DNA of 28,945 bases from Vermamoeba vermiformis (taxonomy: Eukaryota). This document shows positions 1-12,812 of the stretch, piece after piece. The stretch is taken from assembly GCA_045837725.1 (NCBI GenBank), contig JBEWZL010000064.1:434001-462945 (forward strand). The letters run 5' to 3'. Within the stretch, counting starts at the first letter, position 1. The number at the start of each line of letters is the position of its first letter. The position numbers were made by a program, and so were the translations under genes. The notes below the pieces were generated by a model. The model was not told the DNA's origin. It was given only the letters and a program-made list of their open reading frames with translations, and searched no databases.

Positions 1-370
1 AGATCGCGGAACAGCGCATCTTAGAGTACGTCAGACACGCACTTGCCTAATTAGGAAAAAGTACTAACGTTATCTTTATAGCAATATGAAGTTATTGGCT
101 GATGGATACGTCGACGCTGTTAAACAAAAGCGAGAAGCTGGATCTAAAATCAGCGCTAAGCAGCTGAAAGTTATTGGCGGCGAGATTCCTATTATCACAC
201 AAGTATTGAAGGGACTGTTGACTATGACAGACGATCAGTTCGAAAAGTATATTCCTGTCTTATACCCAGTTTTGACCGAGCTGATCGGATCTGATAACGA
301 AGATATCCGAGATAATTTGAAGACGCTGTTCACTCGTGTCGGAAAAATCAAGATTTATGGACAAAAATAG
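1..370 (+). CDS. 3' end of a large Sec7-family ARF guanine-nucleotide exchange factor (BIG1/BIG2/Sec7-like C-terminal helical region), partial
   Basis: Intron 26-81 (GTACGT...TACTAAC...TAG). The last exon encodes IITQVLKGLLTMTDDQFEKYIPVLYPVLTELIGSDNEDIRDNLKTLFTRVG, which resembles the terminal motif of BIG/Sec7 proteins. Stop TAG at 368-370. Confidence 0.7.
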
Positions 371-743
371 AAAGATAATATCGAAACAAGAAGTTCGATA
401 AGATCAACCGCGTAATATTTATTTTTGTTTTTTGTACAAAGAACCAATTCATCAATAATAAAATTTGCTTTAAGAATCTTTGCATTGCTTGAAGTGTCAT
501 ACTTGTTCATACTTTATAACACTTCGTACCGCACAAGGGATGTCACCTTGTATTGAACATTCGTAAATTGACAGGTGGTTTTGTGTGTAGAGAAAATATT
601 ATTATTATTTTTAAAAATTTTTTTTTTTTTTTTTGGCAATTTCAGTTTAACCCATATTGTACCTTAGATTACTTCACTGAATAATTGTTTCGAGGCATGT
701 ACAAACAAATACATTTATTTATTTAGTACGTAAACAATCGGAT

Positions 744-2179
744 TTAGTCGTCTGGATTATCGGCGAAGTCAAACTCGTAATTTTCGTCGTCACTGCTATT
801 TGAAGGGTCCTCTCTCTCATTCGGATTGAAGACTCGAAGAGTACTTGCCAACTCTATATTGACCGTTAGTATTGTGTTAAGTTGCTCTCTTCGTTACAAT
901 CTTATCGTACCGTCGGTAGGAGCTCCGTACACGATGAACGAAGCAATGTCGATGTTCACTTTATCACCGCCAGAGTTCAGCATCTCTATATTCAAGCGTA
1001 TATTAATCGAAGTTTCTTGGTAGTTAAGGGGTATGCGTACTTAATACAAAGTATCTGGCCACTGGAAATGGGAACTCAAAGTTAATGTAGGTGGTGCGAT
1101 TACGACTATCAGAAAGACCACCAAAGTACGCGACAGGACACTTTGCCTTCTTCAAAGCTCTATTATACTGGTTAGAATACCAATACCTTTACTATTAATC
1201 GCACTTACTCTACGTCGTTGTTGAACACCTCGCTTAATTTGGTCCATTGGTCTTGTGTGTACGAGTCAAACTCGACCAACTCTTTGAGATCCGGCTTTTC
1301 GTCAAACAGGAAAATTAAGCCTGATTCAATAGGAGCTGTGTATCTGATATAAATATGTTAATATGAGTTGAATGGGGTGCTATGTATTGATGGGCACTTA
1401 CCCCCAACTGGGTCCCTCAATTTTGATCGAGCGAATGAAGCTGAGTTTGTCCTCTTGCACGCCCATTACAACGTTAATATTCTCAGTTCTAGGGCTTGTA
1501 GTGCAATATACTCGGTATCTATCGTCGATAATCAAGTTATTTGCCGAATAATTATGATCATATTCGCCTAAAAAATAAGAGCAAAAGTGAGATCTAGGCA
1601 GAATGGAAAATAATAACAAACTGGTATCGTACCTCCATCAGTGCTAATAACAGTCAATGGGACATATTTGGATTTAAATGGCCCAGGCTTTCCGGCTTCA
1701 AATTCTAGTAAAAGCAATGTTAGATCAGGCCAGATCTAACCAGCTGTATGAAGTACTTACTAAGCCGGTTTAAGTAGAGTTTTTGAAATATTTCTTGGCA
1801 GTTTTGGTTGGTAGCGTACGATGAAGTCTTGAAGCAAGTCATAATCTGATCCCGCCATAGTTCTAAAGAATAAATTATTTTAATGCTCGATCTGAATTAA
1901 TTGAACTTATAATAGGAAATTTTGACGTGTAGATTAATGAATAATCTATTTTACCAGCAGAAAATATCGGCTGATAATTGAGTGAAAAGCATTAAGACTA
2001 CTCTGCTAAGATGAGTTGTTGCCCGCAATTTTCTGCTTACCATTGCGTGCCAATAATTTTCTTAAGCGAGTATTTGTGCTGAGCAGCGAATTAAAGTCTT
2101 TGAACTTGAGATTAGTTGAGATCAAGCCAATAATTTCAGACGGCACGTCCTCAAAAAGGTCTTTAGTGTTTTTCTCCAT
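744..2179 (-). CDS. F-box protein with a C-terminal galactose-binding/discoidin-like beta-sandwich (8 exons)
   Basis: Exon 1 (ATG 2179) MEKNTKDLFEDVPSEIIGLISTNLKFKDFNSLLSTNTRLRKLLARN|ELWR is F-box-like. Later exons splice in frame through GT-AG introns and give STDGGEYDHNYSANNLIIDDRYRVYCT...YTAPIESGLIF...ARYFVLKML...NIDIASFIVYG plus an acidic tail. TAA at 746-744. Confidence 0.7.
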
Positions 2180-2341
2180 TGTGCTTATGCTTCTTAAGTT
2201 AATAACAAAACAAAATAACGTGGCAAGCCTTCTTGTGTCAATTTAAAAAATCTCTGACGGAGGATCAAAAGAAATTTAGGTTTTTGCCTGTTTTTAGCAA
2301 ATTTAGTTCGAACTACTGACCTCATTAGATAGATATTATTA

Positions 2342-5300
2342 ATGAGTCAAGTAGAAACTCAGAAGCCTATTGGCAAACCGCCTTTGGCAAAGAAGGCTTC
2401 GTAAGTCCGAATCGCAGATCGTTAACAAACTAAAAATCCTTCTAATACCAAAACAATTATATAATACGAATAATAATAAGAGATAGCTTATGCACTCACG
2501 AACTGATTTATGTCAGACTTGGCAAATATTTGATTTTCTGAATATCCTCTTTCAAGACTTTTCTCTATTATTTACCCTGCTTCTCAGGCCCTATTATTTT
2601 AATATTAATCCATATATTTTTAAAGGCCCAAAAATCAAAAGCAAGAGGCTTCAAGAGAACCACTAGCACGATCCAGCTCGAAAAAGAACGTACCTACGCC
2701 TCAATCTCAATATCTTCGTAGAAACTCGTCTTTAGCGAATGTTGTAAGTGTGAATAATCAATATTTCCATTTTTTACGAATATTAAATCAAAATTGATGG
2801 ATTTGGATCACACGCGGCTCAACCTTTGCTAAAATTTATTTTATGGCAGAAATCTGTTGACCCAAAGGCAAAACAAGCTGCTGCGAGTGCGAGATTAGAA
2901 GGATTTGCAACTCAAACAAGTCAAAGGGATAGCAGAAATTGGAAACAGCTGATCTCGCATTTGAATCGGTAAGCCTCATAAATTTCTACTCTTAGCATTG
3001 CTAAGAAAAATCATGCAATCTGAATCTTTAATTTCCCGCCTAATTTCATATCGAAGATTTCAATTTTGAATTTTCTGAACTAATTCTCAACCTTTCAGCA
3101 ACGTGAGTGACATCTACTACGAGTGCGAGCGATTCAATAGCTTGGACCGTTGCAATGAAGCTATTAAAGTCTTTGATGAGGCCCTGACGGACTTGACTAA
3201 GGTAAGATCTTGGCAACTAAACATAGCTTCGAACACCTCTAATTCATGCTTTAGCTGAAAGATGTCATAGTGTCCCTTGACCTCGAAGCTTCTTCGAGCA
3301 GTGTGGCAAAGGACGACTCAATGGACGACCTTAAAGAGAACATTGAAGAGAATAAGGAAGCAGCCGGTAAGCGCATCAAAGAGGACCATTTGACACGTGT
3401 CATTACTGACGAATTCTTGAAGCTCCATTGACTTCTTGGGCCGACATTGTTCTCGCGCAAGAAAGATCGTCATCTGCTGGTCTTAAAGAGCGGCCTCCAA
3501 GATTGTCTTGGGACCGCAAACGAAAAACTCCTGAGGAGATTTTGCGTGAGCAAGAAGAAAAGCTTGCTAAGGCCCAAAAGATCCGCGAGACCAATCAAAG
3601 CAATATTGTTGCCAAGGCTAAGAATAGCACCGCTAAAGTCATCGAGAAGGTATGAAAATTTTTCTTTCGAAACCGCAACCTTGTGTCTAACAATCTGTTC
3701 AGATCAAAGAAGTGAGTGCTCGTGAGACGAAGAAACGCTTGAAGACTCAGCAAGAGATTGCTGAAAAGCACGAACGAGCTGACTTGCGCCATGAAGCCCA
3801 CGTGAAGGAGAAGAAGACGAAAGCCGAATTCGAGAGCACCAAAGTGAAAGAAGTCGCTTGGATCAATGTCATGAAGTACGTATGACTCCATTTACTCCGA
3901 AACACTTACTAACGAGTCCTTACAGCGTTGAGAACAAAAAGCTCGAAATTCAACAAAAGCTCGACGATGCTGAGGCTCGTCGATTAGAGCTCTTGGAAGA
4001 AGAAAAGAAATGGCGCCAAGACAAGCGCCGTTTGAAGCGAGTGTGCAAGTACTGCGAGTGCGAGATTCGTTCAAAGGACTATTTGATTAGTCACTTGACG
4101 AGCAAGCAACACAAAGCTGCACTGAAGAAGCTTAATTTGGACGAAGCTGCAGCCAATCAGGACTGTATTATAACCATTCCGTTGTACCCCGGTAAGTCCA
4201 ACCGACTCGTGCTCGAAGTTATTGTGCTGATTTTTTTTGTGGTGTAGTTGGCAAGGCAATTGAACCGTTGAGTGATGAGGAGCGTCATAAAATCAAAAAA
4301 AGAGAACAAAATATGAAAAAACGCGCTAAAAAGCTCAAGGCCAAAATGTCCGCTCAAGCCGAGTCATTCGTGAAGCCTTTAACCGAAGCCCCTTCGACTA
4401 CAGCCAAGTCTCAAAGTGTCAAGTTGGTCGAAGACATTGACGCGGCTATTAAGCAAAAGAACTACGGTGTGCTTGATTCTTTGTTGACCAAACTATGGCG
4501 CACGTTCCACAACAATAACGAGGTGCAGTTAACAAACTCTTTTGATTAGCGCAATTAACTCATTTTTTTACCTCAGAGAGTTGATGAGCCGTTCAAAAAC
4601 ATCAAAAACATTACCATTTTAGTATCCATATTAGATCTGCCCCTGAACTCTCAAGGATCCGTCAAGTAAGTTTCCTTTTTTTCAGATCCACGTGCGCCGA
4701 ACTAACTTTTTGCTCAGAGTATTGAAATCAGTATTCGATATCATCAAACTTGGTATTAAAGATGATGAATTCAAACGCCTCTTCTTTTTATCGAACCAAC
4801 TTGAAGCCATCATTGAGTTCATACTTGAAGCACTTTAGCGTCAAGAACTACGAGACATTGCTCGGTGACGCGTTCAAGATCGTCTCGTCTTTATTGGTTC
4901 ACTTTACACCCGACGAAGAAGCTAAACTTACTATGATCAACACTATAAGGTAAAGATCACCTCCGCAACAGCAATATATAATCTATATTAACGTTCGTTT
5001 TAGCTTTTTATTGGCGACACCGCTCCTCGAGCTAATCAAGCAGCGCTGGGGCGAGCTTCGCGTTATTTTCCCTATGCCTGCGAACCAACTAGACTTCAAC
5101 ATGGCCCTCGAGATTATGTCAACTTTATGGGCCATCACCAACTTTGTGTTGACGCTCCAAAATGACAAATCAAGTGACGCTAAACAAATGACCTTGGACC
5201 TAACCACCGCATTTACTGAGACCTCTGGCGTCGGTAAGTACATTTAGAATGGGCTAATGAATGAGTACTAACTAATGCTTTAGGTATTATTCTGCTCATG

Positions 5301-6174
5301 GCATCGATCCTATTGCAAGACGGACCTCCACACAAGAACAAAACTGTCAAACGAAAGATCCCAGACATTGTATATAAGATCACGTTCACGTGCATCAAAG
5401 TTCTCATTCTCGTTGGTGAACTCAACTTGACCTACATTCAGGTACGTTACATGCTTTACCACATCTTTGACACGTGTCAAATAGTGTCTCTAACTGTCTG
5501 TGTCTCAGAGCTTGTTGGGTTCAGACGACAATCAAGTCGAGTTCTATCACATCGTCAATTACTTGTTGCACTACTGCACAGCAGATGACGACACTAACGA
5601 CTCTAACCACGCGCACCACGCCGTTGATAAGACGGAGTTGCTGCAGTACTTGATTGTGCTCGTTGGTCAGTACGTGCACAATTGCAGCCGTAACCAAGAG
5701 ACCATGCAGTGGGGACACGCGCCAACTCTTTTGCACCGCCTCTGTTGCTTGCCGTTCCAGTTCTTTACCAAGCCCAAGTAAGTCCACTCCTATAAAACGG
5801 TCTGAAACTGCGCGCTAACAATTGAGTCTAGGCTCAAGGATCTGTTGTTCCCGACACTCCTTGCTGCTTGCCACGAGAACAAGTTCAACTTGAACATCTT
5901 GAAGCAAGAAATGAGCCCTGATATCTTGATCGAGTACACGCGTCAGATATTGGATAAACCCGATCCAGGTGCACCGCCCACATCCGGTAAGTTCTGCGTG
6001 TCTTTATACGAACAGGCGCCATTCTTACATATTTCTCTGATTGTATACTGACCACGCCGTGGCCTTACAGATACTCGTACCATTGCCAGTAAGTTCTCTA
6101 AGGCACAATGGACCGATTTTCTTGCGTTCTTAAGCGAGAACAACGGCACGAGCAATGGATCCAAAGCGCAGTGA
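2342..6174 (+). CDS. SCAPER: S-phase cyclin A-associated protein in the ER (SCAPER) homolog, multi-exon, one apparent frame break at ~4836
   Basis: N-domain RNWKQLISHLNRNVSDIYYECE...CNEAIKVF, a coiled coil, a C2H2 finger CKYC...YLISHLTSKQH, and C-terminal LIVLVGQYVHNCSRNQETMQWGHAPTLLHRLCCLPFQFFTKPKLKDLLFPTLLAAC..N..N..IL.QEMS, which is characteristic of SCAPER. TGA at 6172-6174. Confidence 0.9.
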
Positions 6175-6717
6175 GACCATAAAGAACACGAGTGTTTATT
6201 GGATAATGACCATTGTAGTGTACTTCCCCTACGATGCGATATTTCAGAAATGAAATAAAACCAGTAAAGAACTCTCGCAGAGATCGGTCAGATCCACAAA
6301 ACTACAGCCGACATTTCTTTTGACCCAAATCTAATTGACCAAATGTGGATCATTGGCCTAAAGTGCGTATTTCATTAGTTTGCGCAAATCGCTAATAATA
6401 AAAATGATCACGTGTCCGCTCGAAATCTCCTTATCCACAAAAAATGACAGAAAGTGTGGAACAAAACGCCTCCTCGTGCTATTCTGTTCTTCTTTTTATT
6501 GTTGCTGTTTATACACAGCACACATCACATCGCAAGAGTTTGAAGTACTATTTGTTTTGTTATTTTGTAAGCTCATCCTTGGAAGTGGAATTCGACTTTG
6601 ACCTTATTTCAGCCCACTGATACCTCACATTAAGAGCAAAACCAAATAATACATTCGACTCTTGTCTATATACTATTATTTATTTATTTGTAATTCTTGA
6701 ACGCTTTCGCTAGTCCG

Positions 6718-8936
6718 ATGAGCGTTCAAACTTGGCAGCGCGACTCTATGCGCTCGCAAAATTACAGCGCACGAAGCAGTGCATACAGCGCACCCTATTA
6801 TGCGCGTAGTCAACCTTCGGTCGGCCTCAATGCCAAGCAAGCCAACAATCCAAATCCGAGAGTAATTCCAGCTCCTATTCCTTCCAACTTGGTGCCTTAT
6901 CGCAAGGAAGAGAGTTTGAAGAAGCTTATAGAGGATAACGATCCTGTCGATATTAATAACCCACAATACAAAGAGTTCCTGGCTAAACGAGGTAAATCCA
7001 ATACCACTAAGCGCCCTTCTGTTTCTGTACAGGGGCTTATATTGATTTGTAATTTTTTTTTCCGTACTCGAAACGTCAAATAATTTGTTGGAAAGTCCCT
7101 TATGATTATTGTTTTTTATTCTGTCAATTACCCGTTAGCCGTTTTTTGTTCAGTTCTGATCTGACACCCGTTTGCCTTACAGACAAACAAGCTCATGTTC
7201 CGTCTTCTTTGCCTTCCTATGACTACAGTGGCAGCAGCTCTACTTCCGAGCCTTGGTACCTGAAGAAGCCAACGGTTCGCGTTGGAGATCCTGTTGCAAT
7301 CCGCACAAGCAACGGCACTTGGAGAAAAGCAAAGGTTGCTGCAATTAAGAACGGTCGCATTGGCATTGCGTAAGTATATTATAATCGTTTGCGTCGTTAT
7401 AAACACGAAGTCTAACAGTGTCTTCGACATCCAGCGAAACTTTGAATGGTGGTGGATGGCGCTACTATCGTCGCTCCGGTCCCACAGCTATTCTTTACTA
7501 CGATTTCGAATCTCCTTTTTGGAAGTATGACGGAAAGAGGTAAGCCCTAGCTTCAGAGATTCTCCTAAGCTCAACGAAAGGAAGATCTGACCGGATTCTG
7601 ATTCAGATTGGTGAACGACCCCAAGGACGTTGCTCGTAGAGAGAGTGAGAAGAGGCGTCGTGAAGAAGAGCGAAACAGATATTCGTATTCTTATTATAAC
7701 TATACACCTCCTGCTGACCCTCCTGCGTAAGTTCACTCGTCAACAGATTCGGATTTGACCTTCATGCTTACCAAGGTTATTTTTAGTCCCGAAGAACAAC
7801 CCGTTAAATTTAAGGTTAGACGCACGGATCCTGTCTACTATCAAAACCCTGAGACGGGCCGTTACATCTACAACCTCCCTGGTCCTGCCTTCTTCCCCAC
7901 TCCTTCCGACAGAGTACACCACAAGGAAAAGATCGTTTTGCCTCCCGAAAAGCACGAGTCTCATAAGCGCCACAGCTTCTTTAAAGACCGCAACAAGCAA
8001 GCCGAGAGCGAGGACGACACATCCACTGACGGCGTTGAAAAGAGCGTTGCTGAATCCAAGTTGGAGCGCGACAGAAAACGTGGCGAAATGATTGAGCAAC
8101 GTATCTTCTGTCACCTCGACAAGAAGCAACTCGCGGAGTATAAGCAAGGCAAATTGAAGTTGAACGATTTGCCCGCCCTTCGACCCTTGTTGTTCGACAT
8201 CGAAGTGGATTTGGATAAACAAAATATTTTCTATCCTGATGAAGGCTCTGAAGAAGAATATGAAGCCAATGAAATTCTTGTAGATGGTCCCGTCGACGAG
8301 CAACACTTGGCTGAGCTTAACAAGGCTTTCTTCGAGCAATTCGGATCTGAATCTCAAGATTCGGACAACGGAATTGTTTATGCTGACGACGGACACTCCA
8401 ACGAGTACGACGACGAGCTTAGCCGATTTGACATTCGTGGCTCTCAATGCAGCTATGAAATGAACATGCCTAGCTTGTCTTCGTCCAGCAGCACTGAACT
8501 CGATCCAGATGCGCTTCACATCCGACCTGTGAACGATGACTTTGCATTGGACTCTTACCGCATTCGATCCAATTACTACGACGATTACAGCGCCTTCCAC
8601 GTTCAGAAGTACAACGAGGAATTGACCCTCGAGGCCTTCAACATTGTGTTGGGCGAGCCTGAAAAGGACACGCGTCACAAGTTGGATCAAGTCCAGACCA
8701 TCAAGCCTGAGACCCACAGCTACGACTTGGAGACCTCTAAGAAGTACGTTGAGGAAGAGGAGTTCAAACCTATTGTTGAGACCCATAAGATCGTTAAGAG
8801 TTTGGATCTGAAGCTCGATTATTTTATCGATGTTTTGGATACTCGTACCGGTCAGATCCGTTGTGAGATGGGTCCTAAATTGGTTGAAATTTGCGATTAT
8901 GAAGACGTTGTTAAGGGACCTGAGCGTCTTTATTAA
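6718..8936 (+). CDS. Uncharacterised protein with a Tudor/SH3-like barrel motif and a long acidic C-terminal region (5 exons)
   Basis: Exons ~6718-6991, 7182-7369, 7434-7539, 7607-7726 and 7787-8936 splice in frame at GT-AG sites. Contains VRVGDPVAIRTSNGTWRKAKVAAIKNGRIGI. Strong codon bias in the last exon. Confidence 0.7.
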
Positions 8937-9177
8937 TTGTCAAGATCTAGGACAATAAATTGTACATAGGTTTCTCAGATCCATTTTTGTAGGTATGTGT
9001 GGTTTGTTCATTATTCGGCAATAACTTAGCTAAGCCTTGAATTATTGATAACAATTATATTGCGAACACCTGTTTTCCCTGAGATCCAAAAAATAAATTA
9101 TTTCAGGTAAAGCAATTTGAAATAAAACTACAACAATTTTTAACGCAAAACAATGAGATATAGTACAAGTAATGTGA

Positions 9178-12100
9178 TTATGAGATGATGCAATTACGAC
9201 CCTTCTTTTTGCCTTTCGCTTGCGGGTCATGCGAATGATCGTTCGGATCCAGCTTGCTCTTGTCTTCCAAGTCTTGGTACATCTCTACTTTTTCAAGGAT
9301 AGCATCGGTAATGTTCTGGTCAAGACATAGTTGCTTGGCTTGATTGGCTACGAACATTTGGATTGATGGCACAGGCAATTTACCCCAGCCCCACATGCGG
9401 TCAATCACTGCAGAACATTAGTTCAATATTTCAATGAAAAAACATTTGGGACACGTGTCATAGTTGAATTAAAACTTACTTTGTTGCAAGTGGAACACCA
9501 CGAAGATTTGTTGCTTAGGACTCATGTTCTTCGAGAAATCAATTTCAACGGATCTGAACACACGTTTAGCGTCCTTGGCCATAGTATCTAAAGCATTGAT
9601 ATAGGTTAATATAAGTACTTAGTATAGTGCTAGGCGCCTACGTACCCCAGAAATATTCTTCCCAGAAATTGAGATTTGACCAAATGTGGTGTTCTTTGAT
9701 AAAGTCTTGGAGATAGTCGGGATGACCGCCTTTAATTTCACGTGTGATGAACGATGTTTTTTCCAAAAGAAGCTTTGCACTAATGTAGTCGGCACTGCAA
9801 TGATATTAGTAAAGATATAACTCATATTAAAAGCATTGTAAAGCGTACCCGTTGTTCAAGTTCATCTCATTGAGACAGACGTTGATCAAATACAACAAAA
9901 ACTCAAAACACGTGTCATTGAGTGTCAATTGCTTGGTCTAAATAAATCATCGTTAGTTAACATAGTTACTGAGCGCTAGCACGTTCATTTATGACACGTG
10001 AAAAAAAAAGTTTGACACGTGTCATAGTTGACATGTCATTGGTACTTACGGTCTTCAAAGCTTGTTTCAAGAAATAAGAAAACAAACGTCGACCAGAGTC
10101 CATCTGGAACAGTGGCTTGACCTTGTCAATGTCTCTAAAATCAACTTTTGTGGCGTTGCCCAAGATGTTGAACACGACCTCGCGGAAAAATGACACTTGA
10201 TCGCTGTCCACATCTCCACGCTCGATATAAAACTCCGATTTGCGTTTCGGCTCCGGAGCGGCGAATGTGGTTTCAGGGATGGGCTCTAGCGTCTATTTTT
10301 GGAACCGGGTCAGTAAATAAACGCAAAGACTAAGCGTGCTCGTGACAGCAAAACGTACTTTTGATTTTCTGTAAGATCCGCTGCGACGTTTAGTTTCAAC
10401 TTCTTTAATTTGTTCATAAGCTGAATCGAGGTTCATTTTAACGCTGATTTGCTTTAACTCATCTTTAAGCTTAGCAATTTCGCTCTGAGCTTTGACCAAT
10501 TCCCTAAAAAGGAAAGTCAGATCCCGATTTAGATCCGAAAGAATGGCTTCTAATACGTACAAGTCTTTCTCTTCAGATACTTTAGTACTGTTACGCAATG
10601 TTTCTAATTGTTCCAGCAAGAGCTCAGTTTGTTGTTTGTCTTGCTGTTCTTTAATCGATTGTTCTCGTAATTGGCGCTTGAGCTCAAGAATTTCATCCAT
10701 TTGTTGCATAAGACTTCGGTTAAACTCACTGTAATATTATTTAAGCGATTAATAAGTGTTTCTAATGTTTTGTACCGAGTAATTTTTTCTGAGAAATTCC
10801 TTCGGGAAATAAAACTGGATCCTGCTCTTTCAGACTTACGCTTCCTGTTGAGCAAGGTACTCTTCTTCTTGTTGAAGCTTCTTAATACGTTCTCGCTCCA
10901 TCTCTTCCATCTTACGCTCAAGTTGTTTGATCTTGCCTTGCATCTCATCCGCTTGATCTTCCATTTCTTTTTCCAGTCGCTCTCGTTTCGCTAATTCTCG
11001 TTCTAATTGATTTTGAATATCTTCCTTTTCTCGTTCTAATTTTTCAACGGCGGCTGTATCGACAGTAACGACAGTTTGAATCGAAACATTTTCATTTTGA
11101 TTTTGTTTCTCTCGTTGAAACTGTTCGTATTGCTCGCGCAATTGTTTTTCTTTCGCGGAAATTTCCTTTTCGTATTTTTCTTGTTGCTCTTTGAGTTGTT
11201 TCTTGATCTTTTCAAGTTGTTGTTCTTTCTCGTCGATCTGTTGTTGCAGATCTTCTTGTTTGCTCTTCATAACAGAAATTTGTTGCGAATAGCCCGAGTC
11301 TTGTTCGTTCATTTGTTTTTGCAATTGAGAAGTTTGCAGCGCTAATTGATTCTTCAAAGTCAAAATTTCTTTTTCGAGCTTCATCTCACGCGCCTAAAAA
11401 TATTCTCGTTATTCCTCGATTTCCTAATTTGGCAATTACAGTATAATACGTACGACAGATTCATTGACGACGGTATCCAATGAAGATTTTTGTTTCTCGA
11501 GCTCCTTAATGAACATTTCTTTGTCTTTCAATTCCTTGCTAAATCCAAGCTTATTCTCATCAATAGCAATTTGCAGTTCAATTTTCTCGTTATTTTCTTT
11601 TTGCAATTGTTTTCTGATGTCATTATATTCAGCACGCAATTTGTCCAGCCTGTCGCGATCCGGTTACTTCCACATATGGTAAAACAGAGTCAAATTTACG
11701 TACTCAGCTTTCAATGCCTTCATTTGCTCGTCACTGACAGCTCGGGACATTCAGAGTGTTGCTCGAGACTGAAGGTGAGCCAGGAGCACTGTGGGCCTGG
11801 TGTGAAGTATCATCAACCAGATCTGTCACGCGCACAACACCGCTCGTGACAACAGGCGCCCATTTCTTTGCAGGTCTGCTTTCAACTTTGCGGAGATTGT
11901 CGCTGAGATTGTTAGATGATTCGCTGGTCGGGATCGTGATCTGAGGTGGCGCTGATTGACTTCCACCAACCGAGGGATATTTTGTCGTAATTCTGCTCAA
12001 CGCTGAAATATTTTGAATGACCTAATAATGTATTATAAATCGTTAATATCGAAGCTAAATAAAGAATTATTTTCCTTTTATATTTTTTGATGAATTTACA

Positions 12101-12812
12101 GTGTGATGTTTGTGAACTTACAGCTTGCATGCCACGCTTTTGATGAAGGTCTGAAGGCACGAACATATCTGAGGACGGCACTCCCAATGCCCAGCATGCC
12201 TTTAAATAGTAGTTGATATTTTCCTATGACGGAAAAATATTAGTAAAAGTGCTCGGGCAACTCAGATCTCACTTCGTCATGTGAAGTCGCAAAGTCTTAT
12301 TTTTTGGTAATATTACGTACAATTTCTTGTAAAGCGTGCAATGTAGCGCTGTTGTTAAATCTCCTGATGAGATTAGGTCGGATCTTGTTGATCATCCTTT
12401 TAGAACGCAAGTAGAAATCAGTGACTATTCTTTAGCGTGGATTTTGATGAAATAATATTAGTACGTACTTGCACAATATAATTCCATTCTTTAAGGACTC
12501 ATGAAGGTCTTCTGACGGAAGTTTCTCCTCGATCACCGTTTCGACCCACTCAACAACTTGCTTACGAAAATTCGGGTCCTCTTTTTGTTTCATCTATAAT
12601 TATAGTAATTTAATAAAATAGTGATGGCGAATGAAATAAGTATTGAAGCGAGTTTTCGGTTTGGATTTGGATTTAAACAACGGTTACAATTTTGGTTTAA
12701 TTTTAGTTACCTTTAAATAAGTCTCTGCATCGAGACCATATAATGTTCGTCCATCTTCCGTAGTGACACCTCCGGTCAAATTAACTACGTTGCTTTTATA
12801 AATGACCGCCAT
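9178..12812 (-). CDS. Calponin-homology + coiled-coil + SBF1/SBF2-like helical domain protein ending in CaaX (CIIS); one apparent frame break at ~11745
   Basis: YGLDAETYLKMKQKEDP...VVEWVETVIEEKLPSEDLHESLKNGIILCKMINKIRP...ENINYYLKACWALGVPSSDMFVPSDL is a calponin-type CH domain. A long E/K/Q coiled coil follows. GRRLFSYFLKQ...L.D.CFEFL..L...CL...DY.SAKLL...YLQDFIKEHHIWSNLNFWEEYF is SBF2-domain-like. C-terminus KGKKKGRNCIIS*. Confidence 0.8.

Noticed and set aside
617-634. Long T tract as a retroelement tail
   Set aside because: Lies in an AT-rich region between convergent 3' ends; no target-site duplication or element body seen.
7740-8786. 348-aa minus-strand ORF
   Set aside because: Antisense shadow of the codon-biased plus-strand exon; no recognisable motifs.
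10492-11944. Several plus-strand Leu/Phe/Ser-rich ORFs
   Set aside because: Antisense of the E/K/Q-rich coiled-coil exons.
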